A DNA stretch of 63,175 nt, counting the filler, from Octopus bimaculoides (Eukaryota), in assembly GCF_001194135.2 (NCBI RefSeq). It is 6 parts of 5 records of this genome, joined end to end, with 100 filler letters (N's around TTAATTAATTAA, not from the genome) between each part and the next. Parts side by side here need not be neighbours in the genome. Positions count along the whole stretch, not along the records: positions 1 to 13,534 come from NC_068983.1; positions 13,635 to 39,383 come from NC_068988.1; 4 more parts are not named here. One strand, written 5' to 3'. Positions 11,637 to 23,745 of the stretch are shown piece by piece. The notes under the pieces are model-generated. The model was given only the letters and a program-made list of their open reading frames with translations. It was not told where the DNA came from and made no database searches. Numbering within the stretch: the stretch's first letter is position 1; every line of letters begins with the position of its first letter. The position numbers were made by a program, and so were the translations under genes.

Positions 11637-11840
11637 ATGTGCTGAAAACATCCTGGTTTGGTGGTAAAAGAGAACACAGGAGGATCAGTTAATTCTGATT
11701 CTATTCCTTTCTCAGATTCTCACGCATATTGCAGAGGTCCTTCAGTTTTTCTCAGCCCTGTAAAAGAACTCGGAAGATTAGGCCTCCAGCCAGGCCTTTC
11801 GCGACACCCTTAAAGCCAGGAGCTTTTCAGCACCCCTTCG
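11637..11840. mobile_element. Mariner-derived MITE (family of 49204-50823)
   Basis: Ends gtgctgaaaacatcctgg / ccaggagcttttcagcaccccttcg. The interior matches the terminal parts of the full element. Confidence 0.75.
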
Positions 11841-12890
11841 TGCGTGTGTGTGTGTGTGTGTATGTATATGTATGTATGTATATGTGTGTGTGTGTATATG
11901 TGTGAGCGTATATGTATGTATGTATGTATTATGTATGTATATGTATGTATGTGTGTGTGTACTGTGTGAGTATATATGTATGTATTATGCGTGTTTGTAT
12001 GTATGTATGTATGTATGTGTGCGTATGTGTGTGTGCGTGTGAGTATATATGTATGTATTCATGTATATATTATGTATGTATATGTAAGTATGTGTGCGTG
12101 TGTGAGTATATTTGTATGTATGTATTATTATGTATGTATATATATGTATGTGTGTGTACGTGTGAGTATATATGTATGCATGTATGTATGCATGTATATA
12201 TTATGTATGTGTGTGTGTGTGCGTGTGTGTGTATGTGTGTATTCTTAAAGAAGGATATTGTTGAGAGTGACTTCGAAGTTTTCTGCCAGTTAAGCCATCG
12301 TTGGGTGGAGTAATGCCTCAGATTAGTGTAAAATTGCTTTGATTATAACTAAACATAAAAACAAGCATCAGCGTGTGTGTGTGTGTGTGTGTGTGTTGTA
12401 TTCGTATACAAATACACGTATATGCAACGTGTATACGTACATATATGAACATACACATCGGCACATACATACATACATACAACACACACATACACCAACA
12501 TGTATACATACAAATACGCATCCATGCATTTCAATTCAGCTTTTGACAATCATCCAGGGTAAGGCATGAATGTCACAGCGCTCCATTCCTCTTCCCGGAA
12601 CATCTAAGATTTCCAGAGAAGACAAACGAGAGCCTTATGTTTCAACTGTTTATTTTCAAGTTATTTGAAACTCTGTATGTGTGTGTGCGTGTGTGTGTAT
12701 GTATGTATGTATGTATGTATGTATGTATGTATGTATGTATGTATGTATGTGTGTGTGTGTGTGAGAGAGAGAGAGAGGAACAAATTGGAAGTAGATGTAT
12801 ATATTTATATGCGTGTGTGTTTAAACATATGGTGGAGATGTATACAAGTATGTGTGTATGTATTTGTATAGAACATATTGTATGTGTGTG

Positions 12891-12938
<48 letters not shown>

Positions 12939-13497
12939 TGTGTGTGTAGAACATAAGGTCGGTAAAAGAGCGTGGGTAGCCGTGTATAAAACATAAGGTG
13001 TGTAGATTGTACATAAACGTGTATAAATGTGTATAGACATACTGAAAACAGATGTATGTAAATACATGCGTATAAAAACATGACTAAGTGTATACATCGG
13101 TCTGTATGCGTGTAATAAACCATACTGTAGGTGGATGTGTATACAACGGTGTGTGTAACGAATATATTTCATGTAGATATATACATATATATATACACAC
13201 ACATATATATATATATACAAATATGTGTGTGTGTGATAAGCATACTATAGGTGTATATGTATCTATCCAGTGCGTACGTGTCAGCTGTGACTTGGTCACT
13301 TGGCCAGGTAACAGCTGACAGAAAAGTGGCTTCATTTATTTATTTTAATCTCGGCTGAAACCATGTCAAAGTTTTAGAAATATAGAGAGATTGGCGAAGA
13401 ACTTGTTGGGAAGTAATCAATATTTGAACTACTGAATTCTCTTTCTGTCACGAACACTGCTTGCCTTGGCTTGTCTTCGTTGAAGACCCAGATTAGA

Positions 13498-13534
<37 letters not shown>

Positions 13535-13634
13535 NNNNNNNNNNNNNNNNNNNNNNNNNNNNNNNNNNNNNNNNNNNNTTAATTAATTAANNNNNNNNNN
13601 NNNNNNNNNNNNNNNNNNNNNNNNNNNNNNNNNN
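13535..13634. other. Artificial scaffold-join spacer
   Basis: N44-TTAATTAATTAA-N44, exactly 100 nt. Five identical occurrences in the window. Confidence 0.9.
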
Positions 13635-13932
13635 TATATATATATATAGATGTACATGTAATATGTACACATATATACATATATACATATATACATGCAT
13701 ACAGATATCTATACATATATACACCCATCACACACACATACACATGCACACAAACACACACATTAGTCATTTGTTTTCTTAACCAAAACTACGTCAAAAG
13801 TACTGAATGGATCTTTATGAAATTTGGAAATTATATTCTTTGCATAACGGCCATAACTCCCATGAAAATTCATATATTTTTGATGTTGATGCCATTTTAA
13901 CCCGAACATAACAGATGAGCATTATTTAGAAA

Positions 13933-14013
13933 ATGATGTCACACGTTATCGAGGCTACCATTCTTTCTGGATGTGCAAAAGGGGATGACGTCTTTATTCC
14001 AAGAATTCCTCTT
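13933..14013 (+). mobile_element. Helitron Rep/Hel (Pif1-like helicase) fragment
   Basis: MMSHVIEATILSGCAKGDDVFIPRIPL matches the conserved Helitron helicase segment VIEATIL.G..KGE.VFIPRIP. Confidence 0.7.
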
Positions 14014-14024
14014 ACTAATTTATT

Positions 14025-15150
14025 TGCGTTAAGGATGGATTTAATTCTTTGTTTTTGTAGGGTATTAAACAGGAAATTGGTAATGTGTTCACAAAAGGCA
14101 TCAAGTGCTTTATTTCTTCCTTTTGTAGGACAGTAATCGACTTTGATCATTACTATTGAGTCATTTTCGCTGGTGTAGTTGTGAAGTGCTTCTGTAAGGT
14201 ATAATTATCGGCAGAAATCCATAGTGTTATCCTTAATTTCATTCGGGTTCGATCTGCGAGAGGTTCGTGTAAATTTTAAACCTCTTGCTAGAATTTTTGT
14301 TTGTTTAATACGTAGGATTTTCTTTGAAAGTTGATTATTTTCGGTTGCTCTTGTATATTTCGTTCCATTTCACATATCTGTTTCTATGATTTAGGTCTAA
14401 AAGGATGGTTGTAGTAGGTGGATTGTTGTAGAAATTATGTATTGTGTTTTGGTTTGCTGATGAGAAAATGGGTGTAAACTGTGTCTGTGGTAGTATGTTT
14501 GTGGAGGAGTGATTATGTAGCGGACTAGATTATGGTTGTACTGTGGGCTGTTGTATTTTCTATGGTTGGTGTGGTTTGGGTTAAATTTATTTTTAATATT
14601 GTAATATGGGTGGAGGGAGAAGTTATATTGTCTAGTTAGGTTGTGTCTAGTTGAATGCTTGAAGTATCGGCGTTGAGGGTTAATTCTCAGAGGTAAATTC
14701 TCCCGTTGATTGTGAGATGATGGGTGTAGATTGGTGAGTATTGGTCCCCGAAAGTTTATGTTAGTCGGGAGTTTTCGATGGATCCTTTGATTTGTATGTA
14801 GGGTGCCTTGAGGATTACGATCAGATTTTCTATTGTAGGCTGAATTCCTTATTGTTATTTGAAAGTTATATTTCGGCGTAAGAGAGGTTAGGTCAGTGGA
14901 TTTGTGTCCCCTAGATCGTCTGTGGTTTGTGTTAGAAAAGTGTGGGCTCATTTCTGTGTGGGTGTTTTGGTTTATTGTTCTTCAGGAAGGGGTTATCCAA
15001 TGCATTTTCTTCGATGACCTGTTTTTCGTAGTTTATAAAGAAATTCGCTTGACTTTCCCAGCGTTATAGGGAATTGGTTTCTTCAGATTCACACGCTTTC
15101 CACACTTTAAAAACCGTCTCCAAGCATTGACCATGTGAATGATTCTTTAA
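14025..15150 (-). mobile_element. Penelope-like element, decayed 5' ORF region
   Basis: Minus frame INLSKKILRIKQTKILARGLKFTRT...MDFCR*LYLTE..ENDSIV....PTKGRNKALDAFC resembles the PLE pre-RT motif INLS...LL.KGLKF.PT. The upstream boundary is approximate. Confidence 0.65.
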
Positions 15151-15154
15151 TTTA

Positions 15155-15433
15155 ATTCATTTTTCATTTTATCTAGTTTCAGCTCATGAAATGTGACCAT
15201 GCTGGGGCACCGCCATTTGGTGTTGCTACATAATTTTACTTCACGAATTTTACTTCAGGAATTGACATTTGGTGCATGAGAGAGTTTGATGCAGCTGCCC
15301 TCATCTGCACCTCCTGCCGTGAAGTTAGTTCATCTGGGACAGTTGACAGGAAGATGTACAGTTTTATTTTGAAGACACCTACATCCACCCCATTCAGGTC
15401 TCTCAGGCCCTTCGGAAATATAGATTTCCTCAT
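15155..15433 (-). mobile_element. CR1/L2-like LINE 3' end
   Basis: IFPKGLRDLNGVDVGVFKIKLYIFLSTVPDE...SNSL is homologous to the C-terminus of the LINE at 51400-53285. 3' UTR reads ggcggtgccccagcatggtcac...ctgaaactagataaaa. Confidence 0.75.
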
Positions 15434-15706
15434 CTATGTTTAAAATTTATGTTCATTAGGTAGAGCTCTAAGATTGAGAAGTTCTATTTCTGTACTCATA
15501 TATATATNNNNNNNNNNNNNNNNNNNNNNNNNNNNNNNNNNNNNNNNNNNNNNNNNNNNNNNNNNNNNNNNNNNNNNNNNNNNNNNNNNNNNNNNNNNNN
15601 NNNNNNNNNNNNNNNNNNNNNNNNNNNNNNNNTATATAAAAGGATTATTTTTCGTAGTGAGATAAAAAAAAAACAAGGCTCTGTGCATTAGAGAACATTT
15701 ATAAAT

Positions 15707-15757
15707 AGGCCTTACAGCTGTTTCCAGGATATTTCTTATATCCCTTCATCGGAGTCG
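15707..15757 (-). ncRNA. Decayed minimal hammerhead ribozyme (PLE-associated)
   Basis: Minus strand: CCGATGA-AGGGATAT-aagaa-ATATCCTG-GAAAC-AGCT-GTA. Core has U4 changed to C. Palindromic helix III (ACAGCTGT) is intact. Confidence 0.5.
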
Positions 15758-15869
15758 GTGTGAGGGGATGGTTAAGCAATAGTTAATTTAGATAAGATAG
15801 GAAACAGAGAGTGAATGCAGGGATATTGTATTTGAAATCCATTGTTTAGGCAGAACGTTATACATATAA

Positions 15870-16440
15870 GATTATATGTATACCATTCTGCCTAAACTAA
15901 CATAGGTAAAATATAACTGTCCCTCCTAGACAAACTCTTTCCAGCAACTCACAGATACAGAAAAGTATTTAATAGGTGTTTTGTGAAATCATCATATAGC
16001 TGCTACCGCAATATGAGGAGTATCATTACACGTGATCAATGCCAAGACCCTAAATCCAGTTGCAACTGTCGCAACCCAGGATCCTATCCACTTGACCAAC
16101 GATGTATTATTAAATCATAATTATTAAATCATAATTGAGGCAGAAGTTACTGTAACCCTAAATGATATTAGAATTGATAATCCTATATTGAATTATGTCA
16201 AGGTGAATTTAAAAATCGCTATGCCGAACACCTAACTTCTTCCCGACTTAGGGACAAAAGAAAAGCTGCTAAGTTGGCTAGCTACGTATAGACTTTGAAA
16301 GATAACGAAACACCACTTTGTTTGGCTGAAAGAGCACAGATCCTGTTCAGATCTAAGATCTCTAACTCCCTATTGAATTCTAGGTCAGAAAAATTATCAA
16401 TTCATGCATACACATGTATAAATATATTTTGAAGAATTGA
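15870..16440 (+). mobile_element. Penelope-like element, GIY-YIG endonuclease region (decayed)
   Basis: TNIGK..LLDKLFPATHRYRKVFNRCFVKSSYSCYRNMRSII, SCNCRNPGSYPLDQRC, YIELCQGEFKNRYAEHLTS and LNSRSE correspond to the PLE C-terminal motifs. Confidence 0.8.
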
Positions 16441-16802
16441 AAAATTCCGCCTATTCCTCTCTGACTTGATTTTTTTCCCCAGCCTTATTATTTAAGATCT
16501 ACGGAGGATAGTTTTTAACTATTTGTTTTTTAACTTTTAATTTTTGCGTTTTCGTTTTCCGTTGTTTACTTTCTTCGTTTTCTACATGCTGCCTTCTTAG
16601 TTTTTTCGTGTTACTTCTATTATTCAATTTTCTTCCTTTGTTATATTTGGTTTGAGCGTCAAGAACATGTTTGAGCTTTATTAACATATGAAACTCTTAG
16701 TAGCATTTAAAGACATGTATTGCGCCTTTTAGATAAATAATATTTATCTCTCACCTGATGGCGTACATTTTTTGACGAATTTTCTATCATGGAACAGTAC
16801 AT

Positions 16803-16863
<61 letters not shown>

Positions 16864-19332
16864 CTGTATGTGTGTGTGTGTGTGGGTGTGTGTGTGTTTG
16901 TGTGTGTGCGCGTGTGTGTGCGTGTGTGTAAATATATACATACCTACATACATACAGAGGGAGAGAGATATACATAGAAATATAGATAAACATATATACA
17001 TATGCGTATGTGCGTGCATATGGGTTTGCGTATGTGTATATATTTGTATGCGAATATAAGAAGGATATGTGGAAGAACCGAGTGTGACTACGTGGGATAC
17101 ATTCGGGTAATATCCTCGCTTAAAATACCCTTATTCAAACAGGTGGAAAAGTAAATGGACGAAATAAAAGACAAAACAACGTGCCGCACTTGGAATTTTA
17201 TGAATAAGATCTCATGGTGGTAAACGAATGCTGTGGAAGCAAAAGTGGCTGTATCAGATTACGATAACTGAAAGGTAATATTTGTTGAAATATAAGCTTT
17301 ATTATTTTGGTAGTGTGGAAGTAGCATTGCCTACAGCTTTCGAAAGCATTTCGAACTGTGATCTTAAATTTGCACTCGCTATTTGCAATTCAACAGCTTT
17401 CTTAAATGAGGTGCATGGATTGAGTTTCTGAAGGCAGATATTCCGGAAGGAACAGAATCGACACGATTAATGGGAGTTGCGATGAACGAAATGATAATAC
17501 TTGAGTAGGTGACGAGAGTAAGCAGCTCTGAACTCCAGAAGCCGTTGTTATAACACTGGAAATAGCAAAAATACATAGCACGTCTATAGGCTTCATCATT
17601 GTTTGTGAATTGGCCTTTTGCCGGATGCAGGATGGTATATATATGTGTATAATGGCATCATTCAAGCTGAGTGAGCACAGATCCTTCGTGGATATAAACT
17701 GAACTTTGTAGAGATTTAGTCGTTTATTTACTGCTGTTTAAATCTACTTGTATAAGACAGAAAATATATCGCATGCTTTACTTTACATGTATTTATCGCC
17801 AGTTTGTGGCGTTGAACTTGGTTAAAAGGTCAACACTACGGAATATACAGTTATGCGAAGAATCTAACCAAGAACATTATGTTAATTTATGTTAGTCAAT
17901 TGAACAATAATACTAGATATATGAATTATTGTATTCAATCTTTTTCATAAAGTTTCTTAACATTAATGGGGAAAAACTTTCAGATTAAGAAAACAAAGCA
18001 AGTGTCATAAAAATAAGAAGAGATTCATATTTGAAGTCAAGTCAATGTTAATCGGGCAGACCTTAAATCATAATTTAATCATAATAACGTTGAAGTGGTC
18101 GGTATATTGATGGCACCTGAATTTATGAATTCGGATGTGATTTATTAATTTAGTTATTGGCATAATCAAATATTCATTAGACGTAATTAATCATGGCAAT
18201 TTTTTAAAAAACTGTACAAAAAGTTTCGTTTTTGAGAATTCTCCAAAGAGAAAGCATAACCTAATTATCATTTCAAAGAGATGGGTTAAATGTCAGTTAC
18301 GTGTTTGGAATCATTCCAAATGCTGCTCTTCCCAGTTTTCTCTAATAAAATAGAAATTGAATGTGCATTTAATAATTATGTCATGATTTTGTCGTTTATT
18401 CTTTGAAAGACAAAGTGACAGCATAATTTGGTCAGTGAGAGGGATCGTAAATATTAAGAGAGGAGGAAACAGCCAGAGAATGAATTTAGGATATGCGGGT
18501 ATTTGTAGATATATCCTGTATATAGAATATATAAATATGTTTTAATAGGTCATGTATGTTGACTGAAGAGCTCAATCAAATGAATACTTTCCTGACTTGT
18601 GGTTTGCTACAAAATGTGATATTGATTACTTTTCCGATATATCACAGATACAGTTGAATATTGGCAGTAATTTTAAAGTTGACCGACCAACTTTCGAATG
18701 ATAACACCTCTGCTTTCGAGTACAAATATTGTCACGTCAACAAATAAAGCGAATTCTTTACCAGTCTGGGTGCACTTATACAGGAGTGTGATCGAAAATT
18801 GGTGTATACTGCACAATCTACAAGATTTTTTCCTAGACGTAGAAGAAGAGTGGAGCTTGTTGAAAGATATGAATGATAGGAACAATGAACTCTGTTGTTC
18901 AGGAAAGCTGACGATATTATAGCAGCAGAGGGAAGAAACAGATGATTTGTAAGTTGGTCCCTGCAGTGAATTAGTATTCAATATAAATGAATGTCAGTGA
19001 ATTTTAGCAGCATCGTCCCGATTATGTAAATAGAATTCCCATAATCTTTTCGTCTAAATGCACAAGGCCTGTGCATTAGTAATAATACAAGAAACTGGTC
19101 AGAAATAAAATATTTTATGATCCCCCCCCCAAAAAAAAATGATTGATTCTTTCGAATGTAGGTTGTGTCACTATTGTATATGTAATGTCGTAACCAGAGA
19201 TTCTTGGGCCAAGAAAGTGTAACGACTCTGAAAGATTTAAAAGTAAACTTTTATATATATATATATACACGCGCGGGCACGCACGCACGCGCGCGCGCAC
19301 GCACGCACACACACACACGCACGTACACACAT

Positions 19333-19377
<45 letters not shown>

Positions 19378-19474
19378 TGGATACATACATACATATGTAA
19401 ACGATTTTGTAATATTATCATTATTGATGTTATTATTATTATTATTATTATCATTATTTATTCTCTTTTTATCT

Positions 19475-20225
19475 CATGTTGTGTTGTAATTTCTGGAGTT
19501 TTTCATGCATATCGGGCGTAAAACCTGCAGTCTACGGTACGATGCCATTCGTTCTTTTCGGCTATCTAATACTTTCGTGATTATTATGGCCCTGCTAAGC
19601 AGACAAGCCTTTTCTAATAATTCTACTGAGCTCTCTATTCCAATTTCCTTTTTATTCCTCTTCATGTCTCTCGATACTGATCCCAAGAAGCCAACAATAA
19701 TTGGCTCAATCTTTTACCTTCTTCGTCTTCCATACCCTGGCTATTTCGTACTTAGGAGTGTTCTATCTATCATTTCACCTTTCTTCTTGACATATCGTGT
19801 GTCAAAAGGAGTATGCATCGTGAACTATATAGCATATGTGGTGCACCACTAGATTCGGTCTGTTATTCTCTAGCACCTGATCTGTTTGGATTGGGAAACC
19901 TCAAATGATGTTGTTGGACTCTGACTTTGCCACTCTCTGCAGTTTGTGCTCATACCACCTCTTGCTTATCTCTAGCTACTTTAAATTTTTAGCACAATTT
20001 CCAATGTAGCACAATTTCGCGACGTTGTTGTGTGGCTACACAATGTAGTAGTTTGGGGAAGGTCTAGGGCATTCGTTCATGATATGGTCAGTGGCTTTAT
20101 CCACTCTATTGCAGATGCGACACAGCGGAGACACTTGCTCATTCCTCAGGTTTACCCTCCAGTTCGTGGCCAGAGTCCGTTACTGCGCTGCCAGTATATT
20201 TTCGGTTTCTTTTTAGGGTTCCTTT
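19475..20225 (-). mobile_element. R4/Dong-like LINE 3' fragment (CCHC knuckle plus REL)
   Basis: ILAAQ*RTLATN...PLCRICNRVDKATDHIMNEC (C-x2-C-x8-H-x4-C) and EPIIVGFLGSVSRDMK...LEKACLL. (TAT)n tracts on both sides. Confidence 0.85.
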
Positions 20226-20233
20226 CAATACCC

Positions 20234-20294
<61 letters not shown>

Positions 20295-20315
20295 GTTATT
20301 ATTGTTGTTGTTGTT

Positions 20316-20348
<33 letters not shown>

Positions 20349-20387
20349 CTTCTTCTTCNNNNNNNNNNTTATTATTATTATTATTAA

Positions 20388-20465
<78 letters not shown>

Positions 20466-20470
20466 CATCA
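20234..20470. repeat. Compound (TAT)n/(TGT)n microsatellite
   Basis: Directly visible. It is the source of the poly-Y/L/N ORFs in the track. Confidence 0.95.
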
Positions 20471-20479
20471 TTTTTATCC

Positions 20480-20945
20480 TCTTCTTTCAATTTTGTTTCC
20501 ATTTCTTGTCAAGTGTGTTCTCGACACTCAGGGCAAATATACTCACACTATACATTTGTAGGGCATTGAAATAAACGCATCAGATTGTTTAGTTACGAAA
20601 TCATATGGTAGATAAAAAGGGGAAGAAAGAAGTAAAGGAAAAGGAGAGAAGAAAATGGAATAAATGAAATCTGAGAGTATAAAGAGGAAAAAGGAAAGAA
20701 AGTTCACAGTGACAATGCTCTTCTCAGTATGTGTAACGTTCCACTTATGAAATTATTTTGGACTCTGCATGGATAATAAAACAGGGATCATCCTCAAATA
20801 ATTTTCAGTTCCATTCTTGGTTCATTCCAACTTTTCCTACAATAACTGGAATCGTAACCGTCTTTCGATGTCACATTTTCTGGGTTTCATTAAATAAATT
20901 CCAGTTGAGCACTGGATTAGATGAAATCGAAACATTTTCTCAAAA
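20480..20945 (-). mobile_element. R4/Dong-like LINE 3' fragment, same family as 1-492
   Basis: ttcacagtgacaatgctcttctcagta...cctacaataactggaatcgtaaccgtctt aligns with 210-370. Bounded by (ATT)n and (ATC)n. Confidence 0.8.
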
Positions 20946-20963
20946 TTACAGACCTTTTTCCTC

Positions 20964-21018
<55 letters not shown>

Positions 21019-22965
21019 GATATCATCACCAGTATCATCATCAGTATCACCATCATTGTCATTACCACCACTATTTTTATTAATACAGTTAGATGCATTA
21101 CAACGCTTCCTTTTTATGAGCAGTTGAATGGAAATCACTTCCCGACAGAATCGATTTTTTCCAGCTTTACCGCTCATTACTAAAATAATCAAGAATGGTC
21201 CAGGTTCTGTTGGTGCACTTTGTTGAATCTATTTCCCTTTTGTCTTCCATAGACTTGCGGCAACCATTACTCGATAAGAATATTTTTATTACTTTGGTTT
21301 TCTCTCATAAGTCTGTCATATAAATGAAAATGCTTTTTTTCTGTTCCGCTGTCATTATTAAACTGTAGAAATGTGGATATCGGTTTTCCTACGTTTACAT
21401 TTCTGTATTATTGGTTTTGAGTCTGATTGCATTAAAGATACCGCATTATTGCTTAAGAGCTTCAGAAATGACTATTATCTTTGTTGCTCTTAAACTGATG
21501 TCAAGCCACGTGATATATGTGCATGGGAAACTATATATATACTGCAATAAAAGGCTCCAAGGTAACCTAAATTCTGCAGTGCTTGCAATCAGTAGAGTAA
21601 TCCATTACCCCCATCAAATATTTGCCAGGAATATAAAAACACCAAACTTTGCTTTTAGAAAGAATCGCAATCTGACTAGTTCAATTACCATAGCAAGTTC
21701 CATCATGGTTTCATTTTTTTCTGCTCTCACCAATACAGCCAATATTTATATGGAGTCTATGATTACTTCCTTAAACAAATGTCCTTCTTTCTTGGACTAC
21801 TTTGGACACCATATCACGATTGCTATTCTTATTGTGAATGGAATATAGAAATTTCTTTCTTGCCAATAAATATACAAGACAATGTTTTGCTTTAGAGATA
21901 TGTTAAATCGATCACAAAATATGTCAAAGTTCAGAGACTGAGAATGCAAAGATGGTCGAATATCCAAAGTATATGCAATTATTGTAATCAACATGTACCA
22001 ACCTAGATGAACTTGACAAACATCTCTACGTATACATTCCAAGTGCTATATAAAAGATGAGGATCTCAAAATGCAAATAATGTAAGGCAGCAATGACTAG
22101 GTCTCTTTGCATTTCTTGCTTTAGAATTTTATCTGCCAAGTTGGATCTTAAAGAAACGAAAACCTGTTAATCGGTTTGAAGAGAATAATATGCTGATAAT
22201 TAAGTGTCCTCAAATACCTTACAAATGCAGTACTATTGTATATTGTGACATAATCATAAGACCCAAATATTACACGTGAACATTCCAAGAATGTACTCGC
22301 ATAAGAAATGAAGCCAACATGTAATAATGTGATTGGAAAATGTAATCATGCATTTTAAAACGGTTTCTTTGTAATACTATAGTTTGAAATAATTTAATTT
22401 ACAATACATTTTTTTTTAGTACAAGCGTTAACATGCCGTACAGAATACTTTGCGGAATTTTGTCCGGCGTGCTAACATTCTGAGTTGAAATTCCACTGAG
22501 GTCGGCTTTCCCTTACCTCGTTTCGGCTTCGTAGAAACAAGTACCAGTCGACCACTATACGCGAGGTAATCGATTTATCTTCTCGTCACAAAATTTCAAG
22601 CCTTGCACCTATTTCAGAAAGGGTTATTTTTTCATTGCGTATCTCGTGAACTTTTGGATTTCTCTTTTGGCTTATCATGCATGCAGTTTGCACACACAAG
22701 CCCGATAACACTCTTGACAGATTTCCTACAAACATTCTGTGTATTCATATTTAAAGTACATTTAAGACGGCGAATTAACAGAATTGTTAGCACGCCGGGC
22801 AAAAGGCTTTGTGACATTTCGAGGTCGATTTTACCTTTCATCCTAGCATGGTCCATACGATAAAGTACCAATTGAGTACTGGGATCGATTTAATCGACTT
22901 AGTCTATCCAGCGTAATTGCTAGCCATATGCCAAAGTTTCAAAGCAAAGTAAAAAAAAAAAAATT

Positions 22966-23133
22966 AAGGCGGTGAGGTGGCAGAACTGTTAGCACGCCTG
23001 TCGAAATGCTTAGCTGCATTTCGTCAGTTTTGATGTTCTGAGTTCCAATTCCACTAAGGTCGACTGTGCTTTTATCGTTTCGGGGTCGATAAAGTAAGTA
23101 CCATTTGGATACTGTGGTCAATGTAATCGACCT
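22966..23133 (+). mobile_element. Short SINE-like repeat (family C)
   Basis: aaggcggtgaggtggcagaa...gttctgagttc.aattcc...gaggtcgact. Inverted homolog at 58408-58552, with decayed copies near 22440-22590, 28040-28170 and 35955-36090. Confidence 0.55.
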
Positions 23134-23296
23134 ACTTCCTCCGTTGCAATTCCTGGCCTTGTGATAAAATTAGCAATCAATATTTAAAGTATACTACCCA
23201 TAACCTTTCGTATATATGTCTAACTCTTTCATTAATTGCGTGTCGACTTACACATACACATAAACATGTATGCTACATACATACATACAAACGTAC

Positions 23297-23339
<43 letters not shown>

Positions 23340-23391
23340 TATAATTGCATACACATATCATATACCGTATATATATATTTATATATATATA

Positions 23392-23745
23392 CAGGGTTTT
23401 CTATAAGTCACTATACACTATACACTTCTTCCTCTCTATTTGACACCTTAGATTTGCAGTTTTTGTAGCTGTATCATTCCCTATGGCTCGACAGTCAACG
23501 TTAGAGCAGCGTTGCAAAATAGCCGCCTTGAAAGATGTTTTTCAGTCCTCTATTGTAGTTCATCGTAAGTTTGAGAAGGTATATGTCCGTCACATTGCTC
23601 CAACGCGTAGCACAATTTAAGCTATCAATAGCAAGTTTCTCAATACAGGATTTATTCTTGACAAACCATGTACTGAAAAAAAAAAAAAAAAAAACACTGA
23701 ACTGTTGAAGCGGTAGTTCGCGAAAAGCCAAGGTAAGTCCATCCG
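23392..23745 (+). mobile_element. Tc1/mariner 5' fragment (HTH region)
   Basis: Starts TA|CAGGGT. MARQSTLEQRCKIAALKDVFQSSIVVHRKFEKVYVRHIAPTRSTI*AINSKFLNTGFILDK resembles a Tc1-family N-terminal HTH. Confidence 0.65.

Noticed and set aside
9322-13534. Further ESRP exons (rest of the DnaQ-like domain, RRMs)
   Set aside because: No matching frame was found before the scaffold ends. Downstream segments are unrelated scaffolds.
13579-13590. TTAATTAATTAA as a piggyBac target or regulatory palindrome
   Set aside because: It is always centred in 44+44 Ns, so it is an artificial linker.
17379-17665. Overlapping open frames at 17.4-17.7 kb and 18.7-18.98 kb
   Set aside because: No recognisable motif or convincing splice-site pair.
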